NCBI GenBank assembly: GCA_016748015.1
Contig: JAAOMT010000088.1
Span: forward strand, 62,001 to 126,000
Direction of reading: 5' to 3'
DNA: 64,000 nt
Source: Geosiphon pyriformis uo1
Taxonomy: Eukaryota > Fungi > Glomeromycota
In this document: piece after piece, positions 34,933 to 48,375 of the stretch
Layout: each line of letters begins with the position of its first letter
Position numbering within the stretch: position 1 is the first letter of the stretch
Notes under the pieces: generated by a model
What the model was told of the DNA's origin: nothing
Seen by the model: only the letters and a program-made list of their open reading frames with translations
The model's database searches: none
Translations under genes and position numbers: made by a program

Positions 34933-37900
34933 ATTCCCAAATCCTCAAAAAGTGCTTTTCTGAAAAAGAAGTTTTTTTTTATTTTATTTCCTTGTTAGTA
35001 TTTCACTATTTTTCTTTCTAATAACCCCTTTTTTGTGAACTTGGAGACTGCTTTTAGTAGTGACATGTCTAAAAAGAAGGCACCAAAGGGTGCTTTTTAT
35101 GGTTCTGCAGATAGCTTTTTTTCACAAAAAAAGAAAGTTGTGCTTGGAAATGTTAAATACTCTGGTGACAAAAAAGATATCTCTCTAAGCAAGTCTGGGC
35201 TTGGTGACAGTGTGTTTTCTGATGTAGATAGTCTGTCTAGTGACAAAGAAGGTGTTAGTATGACTGGCATTAATGTTGGATCTCTTTTGGGTTCAGCTGT
35301 CAACACTCTTAAAGCAAAACATGTTAATACTGGTGCTGTTTTTGGTTCCTCACTTGGTTCTCCCAACTTCAATATGGATGATAATGAAGAAGTGTTTCTT
35401 TTTTTTCGACTTTCAATCTCTCTGGAAAAGAGGTGGATCGACTCTAAAATTGTCAAGACTCAAGTGGAAGTCTCAGTTAGGAAATTATTTGCTTTGGACA
35501 TTAATTTTTTGGCTGTGAAAAGGAAATTGGTGATGGCAAAAACCCAACTCATCAGAAAAATTTTTTCAACAATTAATGGTTTTGAGAGGACCACTACTCT
35601 CTTAAAATTTGAAGGAATCATTTGATCTACCTTCACTTCAGAAAAAAGCATGGAAATGGCCATATCATTGGCCAGAGAAAAAAGGATCAATGTAAACAGT
35701 AATCTTAAGAGACAAGGAATGAAGTTAGATTGGGCTGTGGTGATTAAAAAAATTTCCATGAACACACTTAAAGATATGATTATTGCTGCAGTATCCAAAT
35801 TTGGGGAAATTAAGTCAATCAAAATTCAACTGATTGGAATGTAACAAAAAGCTGTGATGGAGTTTGCTGAATTGGACCATGCTAATTTGTTAGCCTTTAA
35901 GTAGTCATTCCTAATTGGTAAGAATTTTGTGCGCATAGCCAAAGCAGTGAAGGATCATAAAATTTGGACATCAAGAGATTGGTTTAGAGCACTTTTGTTT
36001 ACTTTGCTGGTGGGAATGACAGCACATGATTTTGGAACTCTTCTGGAAAGAGCTGGTGAGAAAACTTGTATTATAAACAGATCTCTGGAAACTGGTAATA
36101 GGATTTATTGTATTGTAGTTAGTTTTGCATTTGATAATAATCTGGAATCTGTCTTTTACACAAAGCCAATTCTTGGTGAAATTAAACTTTCTTAGGCAAG
36201 AATAGATATGGTTTGGTGTGAGAAATGTGGAAAGTTTGGTTATTTTGCTTTAGAATGTGATACAACTACTGTGTCCTCCTCTAAGCTTTCAAGAATATTT
36301 AAAAGAGTTGCATCTGATGAATATTCTGAATATGTATTTAGTATTAAATACTGTTTCTATGCAATAAAAGAAAGCTTGAGTTTTTATGATATTAAAGTCA
36401 TGTAATTGAAAAAGAGCTCTAACAAAAACCAAACTAATAGTCTTGATTGAAATAACTTATAAAATTTTGTCCAAAATTTTTTTGAATAGAATTTTCTTGG
36501 TTTGTAATAATTTTGATGTTTTGTGTAATAATAACTTTTTAGTATTGAGAGACACATCCACCCAATTTTCTATTTTTACTGTTGATTCTGTTGTTAAAAA
36601 TGTGTTGAAAAAAGAACCATAAGTTATGGTTGGTTCTACAGAATATGTACAAGACATATAATTTAGTTGGTTGGTTTTATTTAAAAAACAGCTTAATTAG
36701 AGTCAAAATATGTTTCTATTTTATTAAGTTTTTTGAGAACATACACAATGAGCAGATCAATTAAGTAATAACAAATTTTGGGTTTACTAATGAATACATC
36801 ATTTATAATGGTCTGAATTAGAGTAAAGTTTTTTGACTTTTATTATGAAAAATTTTTTATGATTATTGCTCTACAAAATTAAGAGACATGAAAGTTTGTA
36901 TAAATATAGATTGGATTCAAAATTTTTTACATGAACTGGCAGACAAAATCAAAAAAGTGGCCTGACTTTTTTTTTTACAGTAGAGGCTTTTGTAAATAAT
37001 ATTATTTGGATTGAAAATAGCATATCTGCCACTCAGCATATTTTAGACTTAACTAGTAAGTTTTTTTATATTAATAATATTTTGAAAAATACAGATAAGA
37101 CAGTAGTCATACTTATCAATTAAAGGATAAAAATTTTTTAGTTATTAATAAGTGGGTTTCTTATTTCAATTGCCAAAAAAGATCAATTTTATAGATACTT
37201 GAATATTTTTTTGTCTACTAATGATCTTTTAAAGTCCAGTCTTGCTAAAGCTTAGTCTAATATTAGGTTTTTTACAAATTTGGTTTTGAGGAAGACAGTA
37301 TTTAACAAATAATTCATATACTTGATTTCTCTTGTTTTGCAGCCAATAATTAGTTACAGATTGCAATTTAATTATGCATCTGTAAATATATATGAAAGAT
37401 AGAACAAATTGCTGAGAAAAGAGCTAAAGCTAAAGACCAATTTGCTTAAAGATTTCTCCAATAAGACCATTTTTTATTATAAATTATATGATTTTAAAAC
37501 TTTCAAACAAGTACAGACTAAAAACTCTTTGACAAATTTGGTAAATTTTGCCAATTTAAGAAGCATTCTTGACAGATTATTTGAACATAGAGTCATGAAT
37601 TTGTAGGCTATTAATTGAATTTCTTAGTTTTCTAACCATATTGTCAATCAATTTTATGAACTGTTTTTTAGCTAATATAACCAACACTCTGGTATTATGT
37701 AGGCTTTTATTGAGCATTGATCTGCCAAATATTCTTCAAGTTAATAATGGTGTTACTATTGCTAATATATTGGATTTGGAGCATTATTTGGATGTAATAG
37801 GTGCTTTAAAGAAGTTTGGTATTATTTTTGCAAACCAGCTTTTAGATTATTAGAGCATGTGTTTTACATAGAGTAATTTTTGCAAATAAAAGAGATTAAA

Positions 37901-39495
37901 TTCCAGAAAACTGGTTTCTGGTTTGGTTTGATAGTCAAATTTATTAAGAATAGCAGTTTGGTTAATAATTATTTTTTAGCTTCTAGTCTTACTCCTGGTT
38001 ATTGTTTAAGCAATTTCAACTCTGTTGACAACTGATTTTTGAAATATGGATCTGATAGTATAGTTGTTTATATAGATAGTTTAATTAAGAGTTTGAAAAC
38101 TGTGGGTACTTGCAGTGGTACTGCTGCCTACTTTCTGGGCATTGACACAAATATTGGTATTAAAATATGTGATCTGTTTTTCTTAACTTTGGTAAAATTA
38201 TATGTCATTGTTCTTGCATTGGAATGTATTCCAGCTTTTAGTTCTATTAGTTTGTTCATAAACAGTTAGACATTATTAAACATGTGTTCATTATTCAAAA
38301 AAAAAGCAAGTTCTAATTTTTGAGATAAATGTTGAATTAAAAAAGAGCATATTCACAAAACTATTATGTCTAAGAAATTGTTAGTCTGTTAAAACAAAGT
38401 GAAAAGTTACTTTGGAGTTATGGGCAATAAACATGCTAATTTTTTGGTCAATGCTGCTATTATGTCTAACTTTACATTGCTGGTTGGTATGTCATGCTAT
38501 TTTTTTTTTATTAAAGACAAACCTGTATCTGGAAATACTCATCATTTTTCTAGACATTTTTTTGATGCCATAAATTTTGTTGGTTGGAATTCCAAGTGTA
38601 TGAATAAAACTGTGAATGATATTCTGCATAACTTGATTAATGTGAGTAGGACATTTCATGTATAACATCTTAATAGTTGGTTTTAAGCTGGTTTTACCAG
38701 TTCTGTTTTTACAATACTTCAATTTTACTTCATAAAAGCTCTCCATTACTGTTTGCCTATGGTCATAAGAAAACATTAGTACAATTTAAGCTATTCTAGT
38801 ATATTGTGTATTTAATGTGAGTTGGTTAAGGATTCTGACCACATGTTTTCTTGTGCTTACAATATTAGTGTTAAGAAGAATTTGATTTTGTTAATTATTA
38901 AAATATGGAATAATTTGCTGAATGTTAATACAGCTAACAGTGTAGTGATCTAATTTATATGTAAGATTGAGTCTTTAGATTATTTGTATATGATGCTTGC
39001 CAAGAATTTTGTAATAAAAATATAGATAGCTGATATAATATGACTTATAAGTAGTGGTTTTAATAATACAAATTTTGTCATCAAGCTGATTTAGAGTTTT
39101 GCCAAGGGTTACAGATTTACCATATAATTGCCAATTATTAAGTTGAAGTTGTATTATAAAAAATGTGATCTTTTATCATATGATAGATCCAAGATATTGG
39201 TCATGTCTGAATTAGCTTCTATGTAGTCTCATAATACAATTTTTGATTTTGGTATTAGACTGGGTATTAATATTTGTTTTGATTTATATTCTTATTTATT
39301 TAGTATTCAGTTTGGCTTTTTATATAACATTCTTATTGTTGATAGTTTAAGTATTTAATGTCACCTTGATTGGCTTGAATGGCTGGTTATGTGTGGAAAA
39401 ATACATGAGTTATGCTTAATATAAGAACTTATATGTTTTTATAGTCTTAGGTAATGATTAAATATTACTTGTTAATTATTTAATAAAAAAAAAAT
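34933..39495 (+). mobile_element. Degenerate LINE; ORF1 plus distal RT/RNase H, with the endonuclease and early RT replaced by ~450 bp of unrelated sequence
   Basis: ORF1 35059-36320 with CEKCGKFGYFALEC. RT remnant from ~36780 (NFGFTNEYIIYNGL, cf. DFGLTNGYCVHNGL). RNase H remnant VVYIDSL and VKSYFGVMGNKHAN. Shared 3' tail at 39360-39495. Confidence 0.85.
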
Positions 39496-39899
39496 ACATA
39501 TTAATATAATAAATTTTTCAAAATTTAAATGTAAAAATTTGGTTTATTTTCTTTAATAATATAATATATTTTTTTTAAATAACTTTTTAATAATATATTT
39601 GTTTTTATAAAACAATTAAATATTTAAAATATTATAATATTAATATAAATTATAAATTAAAAAATCAAATTATTTTTTACTAATTAATCTATTAATTGAA
39701 CTAATATATTTAAAAATAAGTCATAAAAGCTTTTACAATAGTTAAATTTTTAATCCTAATAACAACTTAAAATTTTTGTAAATCTAAAAAAGTAAATTTC
39801 TTTTGATCAAATTTTTTTTAATCTCAAAATTATTTAATAAATTAAAATTGGTAAAATATTTGATCTTTAAACCATTGATTATTCAAGTTTTTCGCAACT

Positions 39900-41408
39900 A
39901 TTTTTTGAATACATTAACTACAAAATAATATTATAAGATTAAAATATAAAACCCAATAAATTTTTTTTATTTCGATTACACAAAACTACTTTAAGTTTTT
40001 GAAAAATGGTTTTTAACTGCTATTAAATAAAAATCCCATTTATTTCTATTAAAAGTTTATTGAATATAGTCATAAGAGCAATATTCAATCAAATTTCAAG
40101 TGGTTAGCAATAAAGTATTGTACAATTTATATATTAAAAATTTCAATCAAACAAAAACTATTTTACAACTTACCTGCTTAAACATTAAATCAATAACTGG
40201 TATTTTTTCTTTATCACTTATAAATGTTGCTAAAACTCAACCACGTGGTTCATCTGATCTAACCATAAAGACCGTATTGGAGAAGTTTAAGCTGTTGTGA
40301 CAGTTAATAAAATCTAGAAACAAAAAATCTGAATATTTGTATAATAGCTTAGATATGACTTTAGATGCGACACCAAGAAGTACAGCTTGATTCTTAGAAT
40401 TCTGAGCATCCTTAATTTCATATTGTTTTGATATGACGACATCTTCAGCCTCATAAGTATCCATTAGAGAACAAACCTGTTAATAAAGTGAATTAATATG
40501 ATAATATATAAAAAAGTGAATTTCTTACTTTTTCAAATTTTAACACACTTGGATAACGTAACTTTTTTTCATACTTGAGAGCATTTTGAATTGTCTCAAG
40601 ATTAGATGCAAATCGAGCAGAAATTGGTTGAACTTGATTTGCAAATCTATTACTTGTGCTCAAAATCTTCGCATTATTCATTAATTCTAAAAATAATTAA
40701 TATTAATAAATTCAATTACTTTTTCGAATTTATACTTAAACTTACCAGTTGCAATCATTGAAGATGATGCATTTGTAGTTTTATTTGAGATGGTTTTTCT
40801 CATTAAATTGGCCATTCGGTGTGGTTTTTTTCAGATGTGGTCAGGATCATGATTTCCATAGCACTCAATATTGCATAGATTGAGTGGCTTGTCAGAGGAA
40901 CTGCAATACGACCTTTCCAATTACATTTAGTTTTATAACACCCATTCTATAAATAAAGATAAAGTTAATACTTTTAATTTTGATTAGAAATTATTCTTTA
41001 TTTTATACCCTATTGAAGCATCCAAGATCTTCTACGTATGCCAACTTTGAATTTGAATTTTTCATTTAAAAGTGTAATGGCTTTTACATCTCCCTTAATA
41101 TTCAATAAAATACTAATATATATAGAAGTATAATTCGTATAAATAACAATCTCTTACCTGCCAGAATTTTATAGCCATTACTAAGGCTACCACCTCCTAG
41201 GGATACCGTATCAAACATGTATAAGTCTAACACTGAGGGTGGACTTGTATGCGTTGAATAGTTGGCAATAATGGGCGCCAAATGCCCTTTTTTGTTTCGA
41301 TAGAGCTATTAGACAAAGCATAATCGTTCAGTAGTGATAATGTTATGGTAGTAACGGTAATGTACCTTTATCTTCTTTACACATTTTATATATTTTAGTC
41401 TCGAACAT
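39900..41408 (-). pseudogene. Intron-containing Mutator/MULE-like transposase relic; 3' part eroded
   Basis: Spliced reading gives a WRKY/FAR1-like C-x4-C...H-x-H (CYKTKCNWKGRI...GNHDPDH) and a MULE core FLFLDFINCHNSLNFSNTVFMVRSDEPRG*VLATFISDKENIPVIDLMF. Stops and a frameshift are present. Confidence 0.65.
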
Positions 41409-41782
41409 GACGGTAGACTGTTTTTCATATAATATAGCGATTTATCACGGGGTTTACAGGTTTTTACCCTATCGCAATCTATCGCAGGTTTTACGTGACT
41501 ATTGGTTATCTCCTTTTGTATTAAATTAATTATCTTTTATCGCAGATAACAAATTCAGATATTTGTTATTAGTTTTTATCGTGAGAATATATCTTGCTGT
41601 CCTGGGAAGAAATTGAATCGATAACCAACCCCCACGAAAAATTGGAATTAACTTCCCCAAAATTTTTTTTTGATTATCTCAAATCTTTTCGAAAATCCAC
41701 TTAATAAAATGATTTCATGTTTTGGTCAAGCACTTTTCGAGATTGAGACCTCTATCAAATTTCAACCATATCATTAAAAAAT

Positions 41783-43005
41783 ATGAAAATAACTGTGACA
41801 CCTCGTTCGCCCAAATACCAGAAATTTCCTTTAACTATAGAGGTTCCTTCCGAGGCAAAGGTAGAACACCTGAAGGAAGGGATTTATAAACAAGTAAAAA
41901 AGTATTACCCCGAACGTCAACGTTTGACTTTTAATAGTAAACCTCTTGAAGAGGGAACACGGTTGTCAGACTATGGAATCAAAAATGGGGATAACGTTGT
42001 TTTTAAAGATTTGGGTGAGATAAAATATAATATTTCCTTTAATTAGTATTTCTTCTTGGATCATTATTTAAAATTTTATCCTGATTATCAAAGGATTACA
42101 GATTGGATGGCGAACTGTATTCCTCATCGAATATTTAGGTCCTATTGTGATTCATCCTATATTCTATTATTTCTCTGAAACCATTTACCGCCAAAGTTTT
42201 CAACATAGCAAAATGCAAACGTAAATCGATTCCAAATTACCACTTTTTGATAAAATATATCATCATAAAAACAATTACTCAACACATCAATCTGTTTAGG
42301 ATTACATACTATTTAGTACTCGCTCATTTTATCAAAAGGGAATTTGAGACAGCTTTTGTCCATCGTTTCTCGCATGGGACAATGCCCTTCCATTTTGTAT
42401 TCAAGAATTCGGCTCACTACCATTTATTAAGTGGTCTAAATCTAGCTTTTTGGGTTTATGGCCCTTGGAATGCAGTTGGCACTTTGGGTGGTAAAAGGGA
42501 GGAATGGTATCTTTGGACTTGTGTGGCAATCTGGACGGTAAGCTTGATCATTATTATATTTAAATTTAATTGTTATTTTTACTCAAAACTATATCTTCAT
42601 TAAATTATGAGACTAGTGGGCACAGTTATCAAATCTTAATACCCATATAACACTTCGCAACCTCCGTCCCCCCGGTACAAGAGTTCGTAAAATTCCCTAT
42701 GGATATGGTTTTGATTTAGTCTCTTGCCCAAACTATTTCTTCGAAATAATAGGTTGGGTTGCCATTTTAGCATTGACGAAATCATTTGCAGGTATGATGC
42801 AGCTACAATTAAATATATCCTTATTGTTTTTTCCATTACTCAATCTCATAATGGTCAATGATGCCCTTTTTTTTAAGCTCTGTTTTTCTTAATTGTTGGT
42901 GGTGGCCAGATGATTATCTGGGCTATAAAAAAGCACAAAAATTATCGAAAAGAATTTAGGGATTACCCCAGAAATCGTAAGATTTTGATCCCTTTTGTGT
43001 TTTAA
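41783..43005 (+). CDS. TSC13: Very-long-chain enoyl-CoA reductase (TECR)
   Basis: N-terminal ubiquitin-like domain (ERQRLT...KDLG-LQIGWRTVFLIEYLGP), HFIKREFETAFVHRFSHGTMP, KNSAHY, VSCPNYFFE, WAIKKHKNYRKEF..YPRNRKILIPFVF*. Confidence 0.96.
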
Positions 43006-43267
43006 GATTACATCAAGGCATTTAGCAATCAATTTTGAATAATCATACATTAATATGATATAATTAATTATCATCTTCATCATTGGTATTTATTCATTCA
43101 GAAAAGTAGTTAAATGACAATCTGATTAATCAAATAGTAAAACCGTAATATTTTTAATGTATAATTCGCATTAAAATACGAATATTAATGAGTCACAATG
43201 AGCGTATTGAAAATTTCGAATTTTTTTTCGAAAACCAGGATGTCTTGCAAACTTTTTTCCAACCAAC

Positions 43268-46200
43268 ATGAACCCCGCGTCTCCATTTTCCCGAGTAACT
43301 CCTTTGATATATAAAAAGCTGCTGAAATCGTTGTTCTTTCAACCTACCAGCTTATTTAATTATCCTCGTTACATAGCTCTTCAAAAGGTGCAAAATCATC
43401 AATATAGCAGTGGTGCTGCAGTGGACATTCCTGAAAAGGCGGATAATATACCCGCCGACGCATTAATTAGCAACACCGTCAAGGAAAAAATAAAGCCTGC
43501 GCTTACAAAATCAACAAAGGTTGACTGGAAACCAGAAGAACCCACTCATACTCCTGAGAGAGATTCTCTCAGTACAAAAAATGAAGCATCAGAGACTACT
43601 GTCGAGCAAGTTACTAGTCAACCACCACAAAATTTTGACACTCCTGCCGAAAACTTGCCGGGTTCTGAAAGAAAAAAGCCATCAATTGATAATGAAAATG
43701 CTTCGGATAAAAAATCTCCAGGTTCAGCAAAGAATACAAATAAAAGGGTTATCAAGCCAAAAACCCCTCGTAAAAAAATGAATACCAAAAAACCAGTTCT
43801 GATAGAAGATGAAAAACTACAAGAGTTATCATCTGGCTTACTTAGTGATTTGTGGTTGGAAAGAACCAAAATTGCGCGAAAAATGGCCATTAATCGCCCC
43901 CAACAGGCCGAACTTAGTTTTACGGCTATTGAAGCACTTCAGCCTACTGAAAAAAAATTATCGGAAGGATCTGCAGTATACGGGCGCTTAATTACCGATT
44001 TATACACCGGCTTCAATGTGTATCAATTGAAGGAATATTTAAAAAAGAAAAACCATCGTGTTTCTAGCCTAAAAAAAGAGAAGCTGATTGAAGAAATCAT
44101 TACGAAAGTATGGGAACTCGAAGATCCAAATATAAACATCGTTGAAAAAGAGTGTATGTGCTTAAAAGTCGGTGCTTGAACGCTTTCTTGCTGACCTAAA
44201 CATCATAATTTTTTGCCAAGCATAGCGGTAAAATGCAGTGCCAAAGATTTATATTTCCTTATTGGTCCAGGTAAGTAGTCTGTTGAACATATGATTTTAA
44301 AAATAAGATATTAGATATTTGGCATGACTTTTTAATCAAATTTTCCGCTATAAAGAGGCAGAGACTTTACATCAAATTGAGGAAGGGGCCAATGTACTGA
44401 TACGTATTAATGTATCTTCACTTTCCTACACAATCAGTGGAAAAAGGGGAGAAATTGCAAAAGCCAAAAAGTTAATCGCACAACTGACGGTAAATTTGAT
44501 TATTTTTAAGTTTTATTTTATTTTTCCACCCATCAACTAATTTATTTAATATAATTCTAGTCTCGTAAATCTCAAGAATTGGATGTGCCTTCAGATATCA
44601 AAGTAGATGATCGTGCCATGTCGGAGATTCTACCCTACATACAAGAGATCTGTAAAAATTCAGGAGCTTATGTTCAGTTGAATCCACAGAACAAGGTCAT
44701 TCTTATAAATATTCCTATGTGATTATCTTCCTTTCTCATTTTATTGCTAACATCATTCTGGACTGGTAAACCTAAAGTTGGTTATTTATGGTCGAACTGC
44801 AGACAGCATTGAATATACGATTCGACTGTTAAATATTGCTTGGGCTAAGGTGATAAATATCTTGCCCTGCCCCCTTTTTCAATTGTTTTATTAGATTTTC
44901 TAATATAATTTCTTTCCAGCCTGATCAAAATGAAAATCGATTGACCCTATGTCATAGCAAACCCCCTTCTATTCCAAATCATGGTGAACCCCCTTCTGTT
45001 CCAGATCACAGCGAGCTTCCTTCTATTGCAAATTACGGCTTTTTCCCTGTTCATGACGGCCAATCAATGTCACTATTCTTAAGGCACTTGAATTGGTGGC
45101 GCCTCGGTAAAATTTCAGGACAGGTAATAATAATTGACAAACTGATTAATTTATATTCGTATTTTTCATTCACCTCAATGAAAATTATTACAAGAATGTA
45201 GACAGCACACCGCCTCAAAAACCAATCCCATCTGATACAATTAATCTAATAACCATGAGTCAGAGGTAATCTTAGTCATATTTTTTCATCATCTCTTAAA
45301 ACGCTACCTATTATTAATCGAACCTTGTTTTAGTCTAAAACCAAGCGAGACTGCCTTGAAAGAAGAATTGTCTAATGCAGATTTTATAAAGTTAGGCCAA
45401 TTTCTTCAGAAGTATTTGGAAGAAGACAATAAAATCAATGATTCCAAAATAGAATTATACTCAGCGTAAGGATCTTGAGCATGGTCAATATTCCATGATA
45501 TTATGGTAGTCTTTTTTATTACCTTTCCAGTGCCTTGACAACTCCGTTTTATATCAACTCAGATTTGGGAATATTTTATTCCACGAAAATTCCTCCACGC
45601 ATCAAAATCTGTTTAGGCCGCCCAATATTCCACCCTATGAACAATTCTTTAGTCCAGAAGCTTTTAGTAAATGGGCAGCCGAAATTAACCCTACGGAATA
45701 TTTTCTTTCAAGGTATTAAATTAAACATGGCTTGCTTTCAACCTTTTACTACCCTTTGATAACATATAAATGGTTCATTTGATAATTCAACCAATAGTTA
45801 TCCTTACTTTAGACTTGTTGGATTGCTAGAGTCTATGGGACCTTCGAAAAAATATCTTGAACTTGAATATGTACCCTCGGATCAAGATCTCACCAACACA
45901 TTAATTAGATGCCTTCGAATACGATTCGAAGTTAAGAATAAAGAATTGATTTTGAAAGATGTTGAAGCCTTCAAACGGCGCTTATTATTAGATTTACTCA
46001 TGTTGAATATGTAAGAATTGATTATAACAATTTCTTACTGTAGCCAATTCCTATGATTCATGTTAACTTAATCTTCCTATTAAAGGCCCGTTGATATTCG
46101 TTTGGTAGCTGCTCGTAAAGAAATTTTATCACATTCAAAATTGCCAGATGGTTTTCAGGAGAGGTGCTCATATAACAGGTTAGTGAGAATGAGATTTTCT

Positions 46201-46809
46201 TAATGTGACTACTTTAACACTGATTTATTCGGATCCCGGGATTAAATTGAAATCACACACAATCACAATTTTAATTGTTATTTTAAATATAGTTCTAACT
46301 TCAAAACTGTGGAATGTCCCCAAAAATTGATGATTCATGTTCACCAAGGGGAAATCATAAACCAAGATGATGTGTGTACACTTCTGTTGAATCAGGTTAC
46401 ATTATTCAATTCGCAAAACTATCGATATGGGGATACAATTTTGATGGTCAGAAATACGCGTGAACCAGAAACTGGTGCCGTAAGGTTTGAAGCACGGTTG
46501 TGTTTTGATAAAACTAATACAGTATCTGCTAAAGATGTAGAAGTCTCGTCAACTTCAACTATAGATGAAAATACGAATGTGCCCCCCAAAATGGCAATTC
46601 AATTTGATCAGGTTTTTCCACCATTATTATCAGTTTCATCAAGGACTGATGATACTTTAGGTGGTCTAAATGAACCAAATTTGTCTTTGGATTATAGTAC
46701 CAATATGCAAAAGAATTTTGCAAAGAAGTGGGAGATGTTTATCTCCCAATGCCTGGAAATATCATATAGAAGAGAATTTTACAATTTTAAAAAACCCCAA
46801 AATTCTTAA
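43268..46809 (+). CDS. SLS1-like mitochondrial inner-membrane regulator (multi-exon)
   Basis: Mitochondrial-type presequence; LYTGFNVYQLKEYL...KKEKLIEEIITKVW resembles the SLS1 N-terminal domain; KH-like DLYFLIGPG-GETLHQIEE; about 11 GT-AG introns. Family assignment from motif memory. Confidence 0.65.
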
Positions 46810-46955
46810 TATAATTCTAATTAAAGGATTTTAGACAAGGCCTATAGGAAACATGATCTTTTGAAATTTCCCTGAGATCATTCTAATGATAGGAAGCATT
46901 TTCAGAAAGATCTCATTGACACATTGTAAATTAATCAACTGAAATCGAATGGAAT

Positions 46956-47786
46956 TTACAAGGTAACTGACATAATTTCTATTCGGGATTCCTCTAATAA
47001 TTTTTCAAATGGTTCGAGATTCTCTCCTAGTGCAAAAAAAATTAGTCAATCGAAAATAAGCCGATGCAGCAATACTCTTCTAATGAGAGTACCTCGTGAT
47101 TCGGCCATGGTTCGTCTGGTCAAAATTTGCTCCCGATCAAGTTCGATGGCCGCTAGCTGACATTTCTTTATGGTACCTTTGAGAAAGAAATAGGTTGGAA
47201 AACAAGCCAATTAATTTTGTAGATGTATTTAAGAATCAATGAATTTGATAATCTAACCTGACAAATGGATTACTCGAAACAAACAAGACCGTCCGCGTAC
47301 TTCATTGATGAAGCTCAATGCGCCCCAGACAATGTGATAATATTCACGTGAAACGCGGAGGATACCATGATTCGTGAATGGTGAGAAATATTTCACTATA
47401 TTAGAAGCGTAATTTATTTAGTCGTTAGATATATGACCTAGGAATATACTCCATGATCTTTTTATCAGTTATTCCGCACCACTCAACGAGCCAATAACCC
47501 ATCCTATTCCGACATCACCGAAATTGTGGCAGACTGAATCACGAAGGGCATGATTTATTTCCCGTGTAGTCAGATAAGTCGAAGACGAAGAAAATTGTCT
47601 CGAAGTGATTATCGTGAAACCAGCATCATTTCCACTTGGGTCATTATCATTAAAATGATCAGTATCAATTTTATCATTCTTCTTCCCACCACTGGTGCTA
47701 CCTTTTTCGGGTTTGGGCAAAGGAAGAATTTTATCATCCTCAAAAATCACCTCGAAGAGTAGCCATCGATTTTTCATGCGTACCAT
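46956..47786 (-). CDS. POP5: RNase P/MRP protein subunit POP5
   Basis: MVRMKNRWLLFEV, LRDSVCHNFGDVG, VKYFSPFTNHGILRVSREYYHIVWGALSFI, FRVIHLSGTIKKCQ; 4 exons. Confidence 0.93.
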
Positions 47787-48375
47787 CGTGATTGGTTGGG
47801 TATTAGACTCTAATAATCTGCAAAATAGTTATAATGAAGAATAATTTATAGTGAAAATATCACCATTTACCGTAAAGTCCCAAAATTTCCGACTACGATA
47901 CAATTTCATAGTTACACATATTGAAAAGCTAAAGCCATCAAAATGGGTAGTACATACATATTGAAAAAATCTTTTTTATATATTTTTATCTTCAAAGATT
48001 CTGTTTAAAATAAAGTTAAAGAATTATACTAGATACTTTTATTTCTCATTTAGTAAATTCACTTAAGAAAATTTTCAGTTTATATATTAAATCTTAATAA
48101 TAAAATCTTTTTTTGTAAGATTTTTATTTTATTATTATAAATTTATATATTTTAAAATTAAATAAATAATACTGTTTAAATTGCTATTATTTTTTTTTAA
48201 TCTATTTGCATATTTAAAATTATTTATTTAATTTTTAAATATAAGCTTGTTAATTTACTTTTTTTTATTATATTCAAAATTGTTAAGTTTTTTTAACATA
48301 TAAAATTTAATTACTATCTAATATAATACAACAAATTATATATCTTAAATTAAATACAATATATATATATATATA

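Noticed and set aside
42814-42823. ATATCCTT in TSC13 as a second U12 donor
   Set aside because: It sits inside a normal GT-AG intron whose removal already gives the correct frame.
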